This document shows positions 10,434-18,124 of a DNA stretch of 32,299 nucleotides, in pieces (the first letter of the stretch is position 1; each line of letters starts with the position of its first letter). Under the pieces are notes generated by a model, which was not told the DNA's origin, ran no database searches, and saw nothing but the letters and a program-made list of their open reading frames with translations. Source of the stretch: Candidatus Cloacimonadota bacterium (GTDB taxonomy: Bacteria > Cloacimonadota > Cloacimonadia > JGIOTU-2); assembly GCA_049903315.1 (NCBI GenBank), contig JBNGBT010000016.1, positions 1-32,299 of the forward strand, written 5' to 3'. The position numbers and the translations under genes were made by a program.

Positions 10434-10763
10434 ATGGATGCCCGAAGAAGGAAAAAATCCACTGCATGGCGAAGTAATATAACCATATTTTTGATCCTTC
10501 TTCTTCTTGGGCTTGTGTGGTTCCTGTTTTTTTATAAATATAGCGTTATCAAGATTTTGCGAACGAATTTTCTCTTGAACCAGAAAACCGAACAGATCGA
10601 GAGACTCGCACAGGAGCGAGAAATTCTGGAAGAAGAAAAATTCAACCTCGAGGAGCAGGACCCAAAAACAATTGAGAAAAAAGCCCGTGAATTGGGACTT
10701 ACAAAAGAAGGCGAAACCATTATCCGCATCAAAAAAGAGAATGAAAACGAAAAAGATAATTAA
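10434..10763 (+). CDS. ftsB: Septum formation initiator (FtsB/DivIC family)
   Basis: TM helix, coiled coil and 'IEKKARELGLTKEGE'. The eno-ftsB gene order is a familiar arrangement. Confidence 0.8.
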   Translation: MDARRRKKSTAWRSNITIFLILLLLGLVWFLFFYKYSVIKILRTNFLLNQKTEQIERLAQEREILEEEKFNLEEQDPKTIEKKARELGLTKEGETIIRIKKENENEKDN

Positions 10764-12039
10764 AGGAAAGCTACTCACGGCAATCTCACCTGAAATCATT
10801 TTATTTCTTGATCCCGGATATCTTGTTATTTCCGAAGAAGGTGTTATAGAAGATGTTCGCAATGATAACCCAAAAGGCAGCGAGTTTGGGCAAGAATATT
10901 ATGATTATTCCGACAAGCTGATATGCCCGGGTTTCATTGATATTCATAATCATCTTCCCCAATTTACTTTAAGCGGATTATACAGGGGTAATCTCCTTGA
11001 ATGGTTGAGCGACATCGTTTTCCCTGCAGAAGGACGGTTTTCGTCCCCAGAAGTTGCAGAAAGTTTTGCAGAAAGATTTTTTCAAGAACTACTCAGCAGG
11101 GGTACGACAACCACCAGTTCGTATGTGACGAGCCATAAAGATGCGACCGATATTGCGTTTCAGCATGCAGATAAATCGGGAATAAGGGCATTCCTCGGTA
11201 ATGTGCTCATGGACCAAAATGCGCCGGAATACTTAATTAAAGATGCACCAGTTTTGCTGCGAGACTCAGAAGAGCTTATTGAAAAATGGGACGGCTATGA
11301 TGACGGAAGACTTCGCTATGTTTTCACCCCTCGCTTTGCTCCTTCTTGCTCATTTGATCTCCTAATGGGGATTGGAAAAATTGCAAACAAGCACGGTGTG
11401 CACATCCAATCGCATCTTGCAGAAAGTAAAGAAGAAATTGCTACAGTGATGGATATTTTTTCTGACTTTGACAATTATACCGATGTGTATTATAAAGCAG
11501 GATTACTCACAGAAAAAACAATTGCCGCACATTGCATTTATCTCGATGACGGAGAGATAGAGCTGCTCAAGAAAACAGGAACAAAGATAAGCCATTGCCC
11601 TTCATCAAACAGATTTCTTCAAAGTGGCATAATGCCATACAGGAAATTAGAAAAAACCAGAATTCCGATTGGCTTGGGAACAGATGTGGGTGCCGGGTAC
11701 AGCCTTTCTATGTTCTCTGAAATGAGAGAAGCCATCGAATCCTCAAAAACAATACATTTCCTGGATTCTTCAAATAACTACAAACCGCTGAGATCAATCG
11801 AAGCATTCTATCTTGCCACACTCGGCGGAGCAAAAGCACTTTCTTTGGAAGACGAGATCGGAAGTCTTGAAAAAGGGAAAAGCGCAGACTTTTCTGTCAT
11901 TGATATTGCGCAGCTTAATGTTTTGAATGAAAATTTTTTCACAAATCCCGAAGACCTTGTTTCAAAGCTGATCTATAGTAATGGAGAGAATTATATCGAA
12001 AAGGTTTTTGTAAAGGGGAAATTGGTTTATAAAAAATAG
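10741..12039 (+). CDS. guaD: Guanine deaminase (amidohydrolase superfamily)
   Basis: 'PGFIDIHNHLPQF', 'LLEWL...FPAE', 'TPRFAPSCS', 'HCPSSN' and 'GLGTDVGAG'. Start set at ATG 10741. Confidence 0.9.
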   Translation: MKTKKIIKGKLLTAISPEIILFLDPGYLVISEEGVIEDVRNDNPKGSEFGQEYYDYSDKLICPGFIDIHNHLPQFTLSGLYRGNLLEWLSDIVFPAEGRFSSPEVAESFAERFFQELLSRGTTTTSSYVTSHKDATDIAFQHADKSGIRAFLGNVLMDQNAPEYLIKDAPVLLRDSEELIEKWDGYDDGRLRYVFTPRFAPSCSFDLLMGIGKIANKHGVHIQSHLAESKEEIATVMDIFSDFDNYTDVYYKAGLLTEKTIAAHCIYLDDGEIELLKKTGTKISHCPSSNRFLQSGIMPYRKLEKTRIPIGLGTDVGAGYSLSMFSEMREAIESSKTIHFLDSSNNYKPLRSIEAFYLATLGGAKALSLEDEIGSLEKGKSADFSVIDIAQLNVLNENFFTNPEDLVSKLIYSNGENYIEKVFVKGKLVYKK

Positions 12040-12109
12040 TATTTTTAGAACCATACATGTCTTCGTTCCCAGGTTGAATTTGGGTAGGTGTGTTAAATAA
12101 GGAGTCAAA

Positions 12110-14941
12110 ATGTATACAGTATTATTTATACTATTACTGATCGTTGCGGGTTTGATCATTCGCAGCGGTATCAAAAAGAAGAAAAAGGCTGTGACGATAC
12201 TCGGGTTTATTATTCTCGTGCTTACCCCGCTTTTTTTCTGGCTGCTGGATTTTTGGGGAGAAATGCTGTGGTTTCAAAATCTTGGCTACGGATCACGTTT
12301 TTGGGAAGTAGTTTTGTCACAGTTTTTCAGTGCTGTTTCAGGTGGATTATTTGGAATACTATTTATTTTCTTATTAACTTTTTCTCTCAGGAAAAGCCCC
12401 AAAATGATTCGTATAATTGCGTGTGGCATAGGTGCGATCATTGGCGCGAATTGGGGATATGCAAATTGGTCGGTTTTTCTTAAATATTTTCATTCGGTTA
12501 CGACCACGGAGCTAGATCCGATCCTCCACATAAATACAGGATTCTATCTTTTCAAGCTTCCTTTTTACGATGCGCTTTACACCATTTTAATCATTCTTTC
12601 TGTCATTTCGCTCATCGCATTACTCTTTTCGAAGCTCTTCGGTCTTGAGGAGGGGCAGGTAAAAATGGTGAACCTCGATGGTGATGAATTCCAACAGGTA
12701 AGCTTTGGTTCTGTCTATTTCAATGCAGGTATTGTCGTGCTGGTACTGGCTTTTGGTAAGTTTCTTGAGCGGTTTCATCTTATGTATTCCACATGGGGAG
12801 CAGTACACGGACCCGGTTGGACAGATGTACATTTACGCTTTCCTGCATATACAGTTGTGATTATTCTCACAATCCTTGCAGCTCTGTTTTTGATTATTCC
12901 TCAGCTAAGAACAGTATTACAGAAAAAGCTCAGCAGAGGGGATGGATTTGGTGCGCGTAGGAGACTTTCTCCAATAATAGTTCTTGCAGTGATTGTTGTT
13001 GCTTTTTGGATACTTGCGCTTGAAGCAATGCCGAGACTTTTTCAGTGGATGCGGGTTGAGCCAAACGAGATTACCATGGAAAAGCCCTATATCGCGAATA
13101 ATATAGAGTTTACTCGCAAAGGATTCAAGCTTGATAATGTCGAGGAACGGGAGTTTCCTGTGAGCGATGTTTTTACTCCTAATATGGTGACCGAGAATGA
13201 AAATATCTTTAAGAATATCCGGCTTTGGGATTGGCGTGCGCTAGATGCGGTGTATAAGCAGTTCCAGGAAATTCGGCTTTATTATGAATTTGTTGATGTA
13301 GATATTGATCGTTATATGATCAATGGTAATTACCGGGAAGTCATGGTGTCTGCACGAGAGCTGAGATTTTCCAACCTCCCGTATCAAAGCCAGACTTTTG
13401 TGAACAGAAGATTCAAGTATACGCACGGATATGGGATCACTCTGACAAATGTGAGCGAGTTCACACCGCAGGGATTACCCAATCTTCTCATTAAAAATAT
13501 CCCTCCAGTGAGTACGTATCCCGAGCTGGATGTAACTGTGCCACAGATATATTATGGAGAACTGTCTTCCGGGCATGTGATCGTGAACTCCGAAGAGGAG
13601 GAATTTGATTATCCAAAAGGCGAAGATAATGTGTATACTCGCTATTCCGGAGTAGGCGGTGTGCAGATAACTGACTTCTGGAGGAAATTTCTGTACGGAT
13701 GGAAGTTCGACGGCACGCGCTTGCTGCTTTCCGGCTATCCGACAAAAAATAGCAGGATCATGTTCCACAGGCAGATAAAAGACCGCGTAAGAACGCTTGC
13801 TCCCTTCCTGCAATTCGACGCCGATCCTTATGTGGTGCTCATCGACGGAAAATTATATTGGATGCTCGATGCGTATACGACCTCAGGATATTTTCCTTAT
13901 AGTGAACCTTATTATTCAAGCGAGATTGTTCAGCAAAGGGCTGCGAATCGCTCTCTTCAGAACCTTGTCTCAAATTCTATGGCAAATATAAATTATATCA
14001 GGAATTCGGTGAAGATTGTTATCGATGCTTATAATGGCTCGACAGACTTTTATATTTATGATGAAGATGATCCAATTATTCAGGTGTGGAACAAGATATT
14101 TCCTGGCATGTTCAAAGCAAAAGACGAAATGCCGAAGGCAATGCAAGAGCATGTGCGCTATCCCGGGAAAATGCTGCTGATACAGGGACTTGTGTATGCA
14201 AAATATCACATGAATGACCCGGCAGTGTTTTATAACCAGGAAGATCTGTGGATCAGAGCAACAGAGAAATATTATAGCAAAGTACAAGCGGTTGAGCCTT
14301 ATTACATTATGTGGGAAATTCCCGAAACCAACCAACAGGAGTTTGTATTGATCCTTCCCTTCACACCCAAGAAGCGGCAGGTGATGATCGGCTGGATCGC
14401 AGGTATGTGCGATGGAGATAACTACGGAAGATTCATCGCATATAAATTCCCGAAAGAAAAACGAGTGCTTGGCACACAGCAGGTAGAAACCAAGATCGAT
14501 CAGGATTCCTACCTTTCGGGACAGCTTACCCTCTGGGATCAGCGGGGCTCGAATGTGATACGCGGGAATGTGCTTGCAATCCCAATTGAGAATACCATTC
14601 TGTATGTTGAGCCAATTTATTTACAGGCAGAAACGGCTGCCTATCCGGAACTTCGACTTGTTGCAGTCATGCATGGTGACGAACTCAGTTATGCAGAAAC
14701 CTTTGATAAAGCGCTGCAGGGATTGTTTGAAAAAACTTTAGCAGAAGTTATCACAGAAACTAATGTGGGCGACGTATTTACCATGGAAGAATTGATCAAA
14801 AGAGCAAGTAATGCGTTTGAGAATTATATAAACTTCTTAGGAGAAAAACGTTATATTGACGCATCGAATGCGCTGCAGGAACTTGAAAATACCCTGAGAG
14901 AACTTTCTGATGAAGGAGCTTTCAGTACTGGATCAGAATAA
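12110..14941 (+). CDS. UPF0182 family membrane protein
   Basis: Multi-TM N-terminus, 'NIRLWD', 'YTHGYG', 'PQIYYGE', 'NYIRNSVK', 'VIRGNVL' and 'LYVEPIY'. AAGGAG RBS. Confidence 0.92.
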   Translation: MYTVLFILLLIVAGLIIRSGIKKKKKAVTILGFIILVLTPLFFWLLDFWGEMLWFQNLGYGSRFWEVVLSQFFSAVSGGLFGILFIFLLTFSLRKSPKMIRIIACGIGAIIGANWGYANWSVFLKYFHSVTTTELDPILHINTGFYLFKLPFYDALYTILIILSVISLIALLFSKLFGLEEGQVKMVNLDGDEFQQVSFGSVYFNAGIVVLVLAFGKFLERFHLMYSTWGAVHGPGWTDVHLRFPAYTVVIILTILAALFLIIPQLRTVLQKKLSRGDGFGARRRLSPIIVLAVIVVAFWILALEAMPRLFQWMRVEPNEITMEKPYIANNIEFTRKGFKLDNVEEREFPVSDVFTPNMVTENENIFKNIRLWDWRALDAVYKQFQEIRLYYEFVDVDIDRYMINGNYREVMVSARELRFSNLPYQSQTFVNRRFKYTHGYGITLTNVSEFTPQGLPNLLIKNIPPVSTYPELDVTVPQIYYGELSSGHVIVNSEEEEFDYPKGEDNVYTRYSGVGGVQITDFWRKFLYGWKFDGTRLLLSGYPTKNSRIMFHRQIKDRVRTLAPFLQFDADPYVVLIDGKLYWMLDAYTTSGYFPYSEPYYSSEIVQQRAANRSLQNLVSNSMANINYIRNSVKIVIDAYNGSTDFYIYDEDDPIIQVWNKIFPGMFKAKDEMPKAMQEHVRYPGKMLLIQGLVYAKYHMNDPAVFYNQEDLWIRATEKYYSKVQAVEPYYIMWEIPETNQQEFVLILPFTPKKRQVMIGWIAGMCDGDNYGRFIAYKFPKEKRVLGTQQVETKIDQDSYLSGQLTLWDQRGSNVIRGNVLAIPIENTILYVEPIYLQAETAAYPELRLVAVMHGDELSYAETFDKALQGLFEKTLAEVITETNVGDVFTMEELIKRASNAFENYINFLGEKRYIDASNALQELENTLRELSDEGAFSTGSE

Positions 14942-15035
14942 AACAGGAGAAGTAATACGAAAAGAAACATAAATGACCTATCTCATTGCCGCAAGTACGA
15001 TCGAGGATATGGTCAAATAAGAAATAATTCCATTT

Positions 15036-16316
15036 ATGGCTCATAGAACACTGAAAAACAACTATTGTTCACTTGTAGAAAGGTTCAATAAATTTCCTCA
15101 AGGTGTAGCTCCCTCAAAAACACTTTATAAAATTCTGAGCATGCTGTTCTCAGAAAAAGAAGCAGGACTCGTTTCACTTCTTCCTATCCGGCCGTTTAAT
15201 GCAGAAAAAGCAAGCCGAGTCTGGAAAATCGATATTGTAGAAACACGAAAATTATTAGATCAACTCGCGGATAAAGCGCTACTTGTTGATATAGAGCAGA
15301 AAGGCGAGCAGATCTATGTGCTCCCGCCCCCGATGGCTGGATTTTTTGAGTTCTCTATGATGAGATTGCGAACCGACGTAGACCAGAAAGTGCTCGCAGA
15401 GCTTTTCTATCAGTACATGAATGTTGAAGAAGACTTCATTAAAGGACTGTTTACTGATGGTGAAACTCAACTTGGCAGAACCTTTGTGCACGAACCAGTA
15501 CTCTCAGAAGAAAATGCACTACACGTTTTGGATTATGAACGGGCTTCAGAAGTGATCGAAACCGCTACACACATGGCTGTTGGAATATGCTATTGCAGGC
15601 ACAAAATGCAGCACCTCGGCAAAGCATGCGATGCCCCGATGGATATTTGCATGACATTCAATAATACTGCTGCTTCTCTAAGCATGCATGATTATGCACG
15701 GACAGTAGATAAAAATGAAGGGCACGATCTGCTGCAAAAAGCATATGATCATAAATTGGTTCAATTTGGCGAGAATGTAAGACAGAGCGTTGCCTTTATT
15801 TGCAACTGTTGCGGATGTTGCTGTGAAGCTATGATCGCAGCAAGAAGCTTCGCTATTTATCATCCAATACATACCACAAACTTTATCCCCGCAATCAACG
15901 AAACGACCTGCAATGGTTGTGGTAAATGTGTGGAGGTTTGCCCTGTCGAAGCAATGACTTTAGTTTCTGCAAACGATCCGCATAATCCCAAAAGGAAAGT
16001 TGCTTGCCTTAATGAGGAAATCTGTCTCGGATGCGGACTCTGTGTAAGAGAATGTCCAACAAAAAGTATTACTCTCCTCTCTCGATCCGAGCGGGTGATC
16101 ACGCCAGTCAATGGTGCGCACCGGGCAGTTGTTATGGCTATTGAGCGCGGAAAACTCCAGAACTTGATTTTCGACAATCAGGTTCTCTGGCACCATAGAG
16201 CCCTGGCGGCACTACTGGGGGTGATTCTCAAATTACCAGGCATTAAACAGACTCTTGCGTCAAAGCAGATGAAATCAAGATATCTCGAGCATGTAATACT
16301 CAATCTTCAACAATAG
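15036..16316 (+). CDS. 4Fe-4S dicluster domain-containing protein of unknown function
   Basis: Two CxxCxxCxxxCP motifs plus 'CYCRH...C....C' and 'CNCCGCCC'. Confidence 0.85.
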   Translation: MAHRTLKNNYCSLVERFNKFPQGVAPSKTLYKILSMLFSEKEAGLVSLLPIRPFNAEKASRVWKIDIVETRKLLDQLADKALLVDIEQKGEQIYVLPPPMAGFFEFSMMRLRTDVDQKVLAELFYQYMNVEEDFIKGLFTDGETQLGRTFVHEPVLSEENALHVLDYERASEVIETATHMAVGICYCRHKMQHLGKACDAPMDICMTFNNTAASLSMHDYARTVDKNEGHDLLQKAYDHKLVQFGENVRQSVAFICNCCGCCCEAMIAARSFAIYHPIHTTNFIPAINETTCNGCGKCVEVCPVEAMTLVSANDPHNPKRKVACLNEEICLGCGLCVRECPTKSITLLSRSERVITPVNGAHRAVVMAIERGKLQNLIFDNQVLWHHRALAALLGVILKLPGIKQTLASKQMKSRYLEHVILNLQQ

Positions 16317-16381
16317 GCATGTTGTACTTGCTCTTTGGAAATTCTTGACACAATACAGGTAGGCGAAATTTTTCTGAATTT

Positions 16382-16447
16382 ATGATAAAGGATATAGAAA
16401 AAATCATCGGTATTATAATCATTAATGCGTCGCCCTACCGGTTCTGA
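16382..16447 (+). CDS. Ile-rich leader peptide, duplicate copy (MIKDIEKIIGIIIINASPYRF)
   Basis: Intact ATG-to-TGA frame with all 8 Ile codons retained, followed by the antiterminator and terminator. Confidence 0.7.
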   Translation: MIKDIEKIIGIIIINASPYRF

Positions 16448-16461
16448 CAAAATTTCTGTCG

Positions 16462-16495
16462 AGCCGCGACAGGGGTAACCTGTGGCGGTTTTTTT
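16462..16495 (+). terminator. Attenuator terminator, copy 1
   Basis: AGCCGC-G-ACAGG-GGTAA-CCTGT-G-GCGGTT hairpin with a T7 tract. Confidence 0.8.
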
Positions 16496-16525
16496 ATATC
16501 TTAAATAAATTATAAGGATTATACT

Positions 16526-16630
16526 ATGTTCAGAAAGATCGACGTGAAAGCAAAACCGGCAGAGTTTGAAAAGCCAGTTCACGCATTCTATATGCTCTCT
16601 ATAAGTAAATCCAGGCAACCTGCCGCTTAA
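16526..16630 (+). pseudogene. ileS: Truncated ileS 5' fragment (17 aa identical to IleRS, then unrelated sequence to a stop after 34 aa)
   Basis: Translates as MFRKIDVKAKPAEFEKP-VHAFYMLSISKSRQPAA*. Confidence 0.85.
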
Positions 16631-16680
16631 GAATTGGAGGTAACAGATTGGGAATAAAATCAAATTATAGGAGAATATAA

Positions 16681-17823
16681 ATGAAAAAAAACATTTTAAG
16701 TAACATTACATTATTTGTTTGTATCTGTATTATTTCAACAGGAATAGTTCTTTTAACGAATGGATGTTGCAAAAAGGCAACCGGACCCGATACTCAGGAT
16801 AGTACGTTTGCTGAGAAAGTAGAAAAAATACTCAACGACAAATTAGCTTTGTGTGAAGTTAACGGAGTCACCGTATTTGTCAGGAACAATGATGGTGAGA
16901 TATGCAACATTGGAGCCGGGCTGGCAGATGTTGAAAACGACATTCCAATGCTTGCAGACACCAAAATGCGGATCGCCAGCATTTCTAAAACCTTTCTTGC
17001 GACTGTTGTTCTACAACTCTGGGAAGAGGGCTTGCTTGATATTGATCATTTGATGAGCCAATATCTTCCTGATTCCACTGTTGCGTTGTTTCCTTATGGA
17101 GATCAGGTCACTTTAAGACAGCTATTAAACCATACAAGTGGAATTTATGATTTTGAAGATGATAATTTTCTATATAATTTAATGGTAGATCCTCTTTATC
17201 ATTGGACTCCGAACGAGCTTCTGGAGTATGCCGTAAATTCTCCATCGAGCGTACACAACGAACCCGGGACGCTATTCAGTTATTCGAACACGAATTATAT
17301 TCTTCTCGGGCTGATCGTTGAATCTGTCACTGGCATCAGCATGGAGCAGAATATAAGGGATAGGATACTTGATCCGCTTAACCTGGAAAACACGTATTCG
17401 GGCAACGAAGGGATACCACAAGATAACTATTCAAAAGGATACCAGCCGCTCGATGAAACCACGATCTATGTTGTGTCAGACCAGACGCTTCCGCTTTATT
17501 TTGAGTGGGCACATGGCCAAATGGTATCAACCACGGAAGACCTGTGGAGCTTCCTGAATGCTCTTTCCTCTGGCGAACTCTTCTCACAAGAGGCAACACT
17601 AAATGCGATGCTTGCTTTTACTCCTATCTCGAATTTTTCATATGGGCTTGGAATACTCAACTTTGGTGAAGAGATTGGATTTGGTCATACCGGAGGGACA
17701 CTTGGCTTTTTTTCTTATGCGATGATTAATCCCACGATCGGTACAGCCCTGATCTTAATATATAATACTTATAACACTGAATTCATGGGGGCTGCCGCTA
17801 ATGCAATTTTTGGAATTATGTAA
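16681..17823 (+). CDS. Serine hydrolase of the beta-lactamase/DD-peptidase family, probable lipoprotein
   Basis: SxxK ('SISK'), YxN ('YSNTNY') and HTG motifs, 'LRQLLNHTSG', and a lipobox-like 'LTNGC'. AGGAG RBS. Confidence 0.9.
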   Translation: MKKNILSNITLFVCICIISTGIVLLTNGCCKKATGPDTQDSTFAEKVEKILNDKLALCEVNGVTVFVRNNDGEICNIGAGLADVENDIPMLADTKMRIASISKTFLATVVLQLWEEGLLDIDHLMSQYLPDSTVALFPYGDQVTLRQLLNHTSGIYDFEDDNFLYNLMVDPLYHWTPNELLEYAVNSPSSVHNEPGTLFSYSNTNYILLGLIVESVTGISMEQNIRDRILDPLNLENTYSGNEGIPQDNYSKGYQPLDETTIYVVSDQTLPLYFEWAHGQMVSTTEDLWSFLNALSSGELFSQEATLNAMLAFTPISNFSYGLGILNFGEEIGFGHTGGTLGFFSYAMINPTIGTALILIYNTYNTEFMGAAANAIFGIM

Positions 17824-17899
17824 TAATTTCCGAGAAATGTAATTTATTTATTCATACCGGGCAAATAGAAAGAATTTATACATAAGTGAGCTCTATCTC

Positions 17900-17926
17900 A
17901 GGCGAGAATGAGCGTTCTCGCCTTTT
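17900..17926 (+). terminator. Intrinsic terminator of the serine hydrolase gene
   Basis: AGGCGAGAAT-GAGC-GTTCTCGCCT hairpin followed by TTTGTGT. Confidence 0.7.
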
Positions 17927-17943
17927 GTGTACTTTGGAAATTC

Positions 17944-17972
17944 TTGACACAATACAGGTAGACGAAATTTTT
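17944..17972 (+). promoter_or_regulatory. Putative ileS promoter (consensus -35 TTGACA, weak AT-rich -10)
   Basis: TTGACA at 17944-17949, conserved in repeat copy 1 (16345-16350). The predicted start site falls near the leader ATG at 17981. Confidence 0.55.
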
Positions 17973-17980
17973 CTGAACTT

Positions 17981-18046
17981 ATGATAAAGGATATAGAAAA
18001 AATCATCGTTATTATAATCATTAATGCACCGCCCTGCCGGTTCTGA
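17981..18046 (+). CDS. ileS attenuator leader peptide (MIKDIEKIIVIIIINAPPCRF)
   Basis: 8 of 21 codons are Ile, including the run ATC ATC GTT ATT ATA ATC ATT. It lies directly upstream of ileS and its stop codon sits inside the antiterminator 5' strand. Confidence 0.85.
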   Translation: MIKDIEKIIVIIIINAPPCRF

Positions 18047-18094
18047 CAAAATTTCTGTCGAGCCGCGACGGGGTAACCTGTGGCGGTTTTTTTT
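18032..18094 (+). promoter_or_regulatory. Transcription attenuator: antiterminator (18032-18073) mutually exclusive with terminator (18061-18094)
   Basis: Antiterminator: CGGTTC-T-GACA pairs with TGTC-GAGCCG, extended by CCCTG/CGGGG. Terminator: AGCCGC-G-ACGGG-GTAA-CCTGT-G-GCGGTT with a T8 tract. Confidence 0.85.
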
Positions 18095-18124
18095 ATATTT
18101 TAAATAAATTATAAGGATTTTACT

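Larger units (their letters stand above)
16333..16580 (+). repeat. Direct repeat copy 1 (248 bp) of the ileS promoter, leader/attenuator and first ~18 codons
   Basis: Manual alignment to 17932-18179 (offset 1599) gives 10 substitutions and 2 single-base indels. Confidence 0.97.

Noticed and set aside
14974..15015. Imperfect hairpin TGACCTATC...GATATGGTCA upstream of the Fe-S gene as a riboswitch
   Set aside because: It is a single weak stem with no recognisable aptamer motifs or expression platform.
16307..16663. 118-aa minus-strand ORF and its 181-aa look-alike at 17876-18421 as a paralogous gene pair
   Set aside because: Their similarity comes only from the 248-bp DNA repeat. They are antisense to the leader and ileS and start at non-ATG codons.
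16581..17931. Autonomous mobile element, integron cassette or clinical beta-lactamase
   Set aside because: No recombinase, terminal inverted repeats or attC-like site were seen. The motifs fit the broad serine hydrolase/DD-peptidase family, so antibiotic hydrolysis cannot be claimed.
17944..18124. T-box riboswitch upstream of ileS
   Set aside because: There is no T-box antiterminator bulge consensus (TGGNACC) and no recognisable stem I. The leader is short and is fully explained by the uORF and alternative hairpins.
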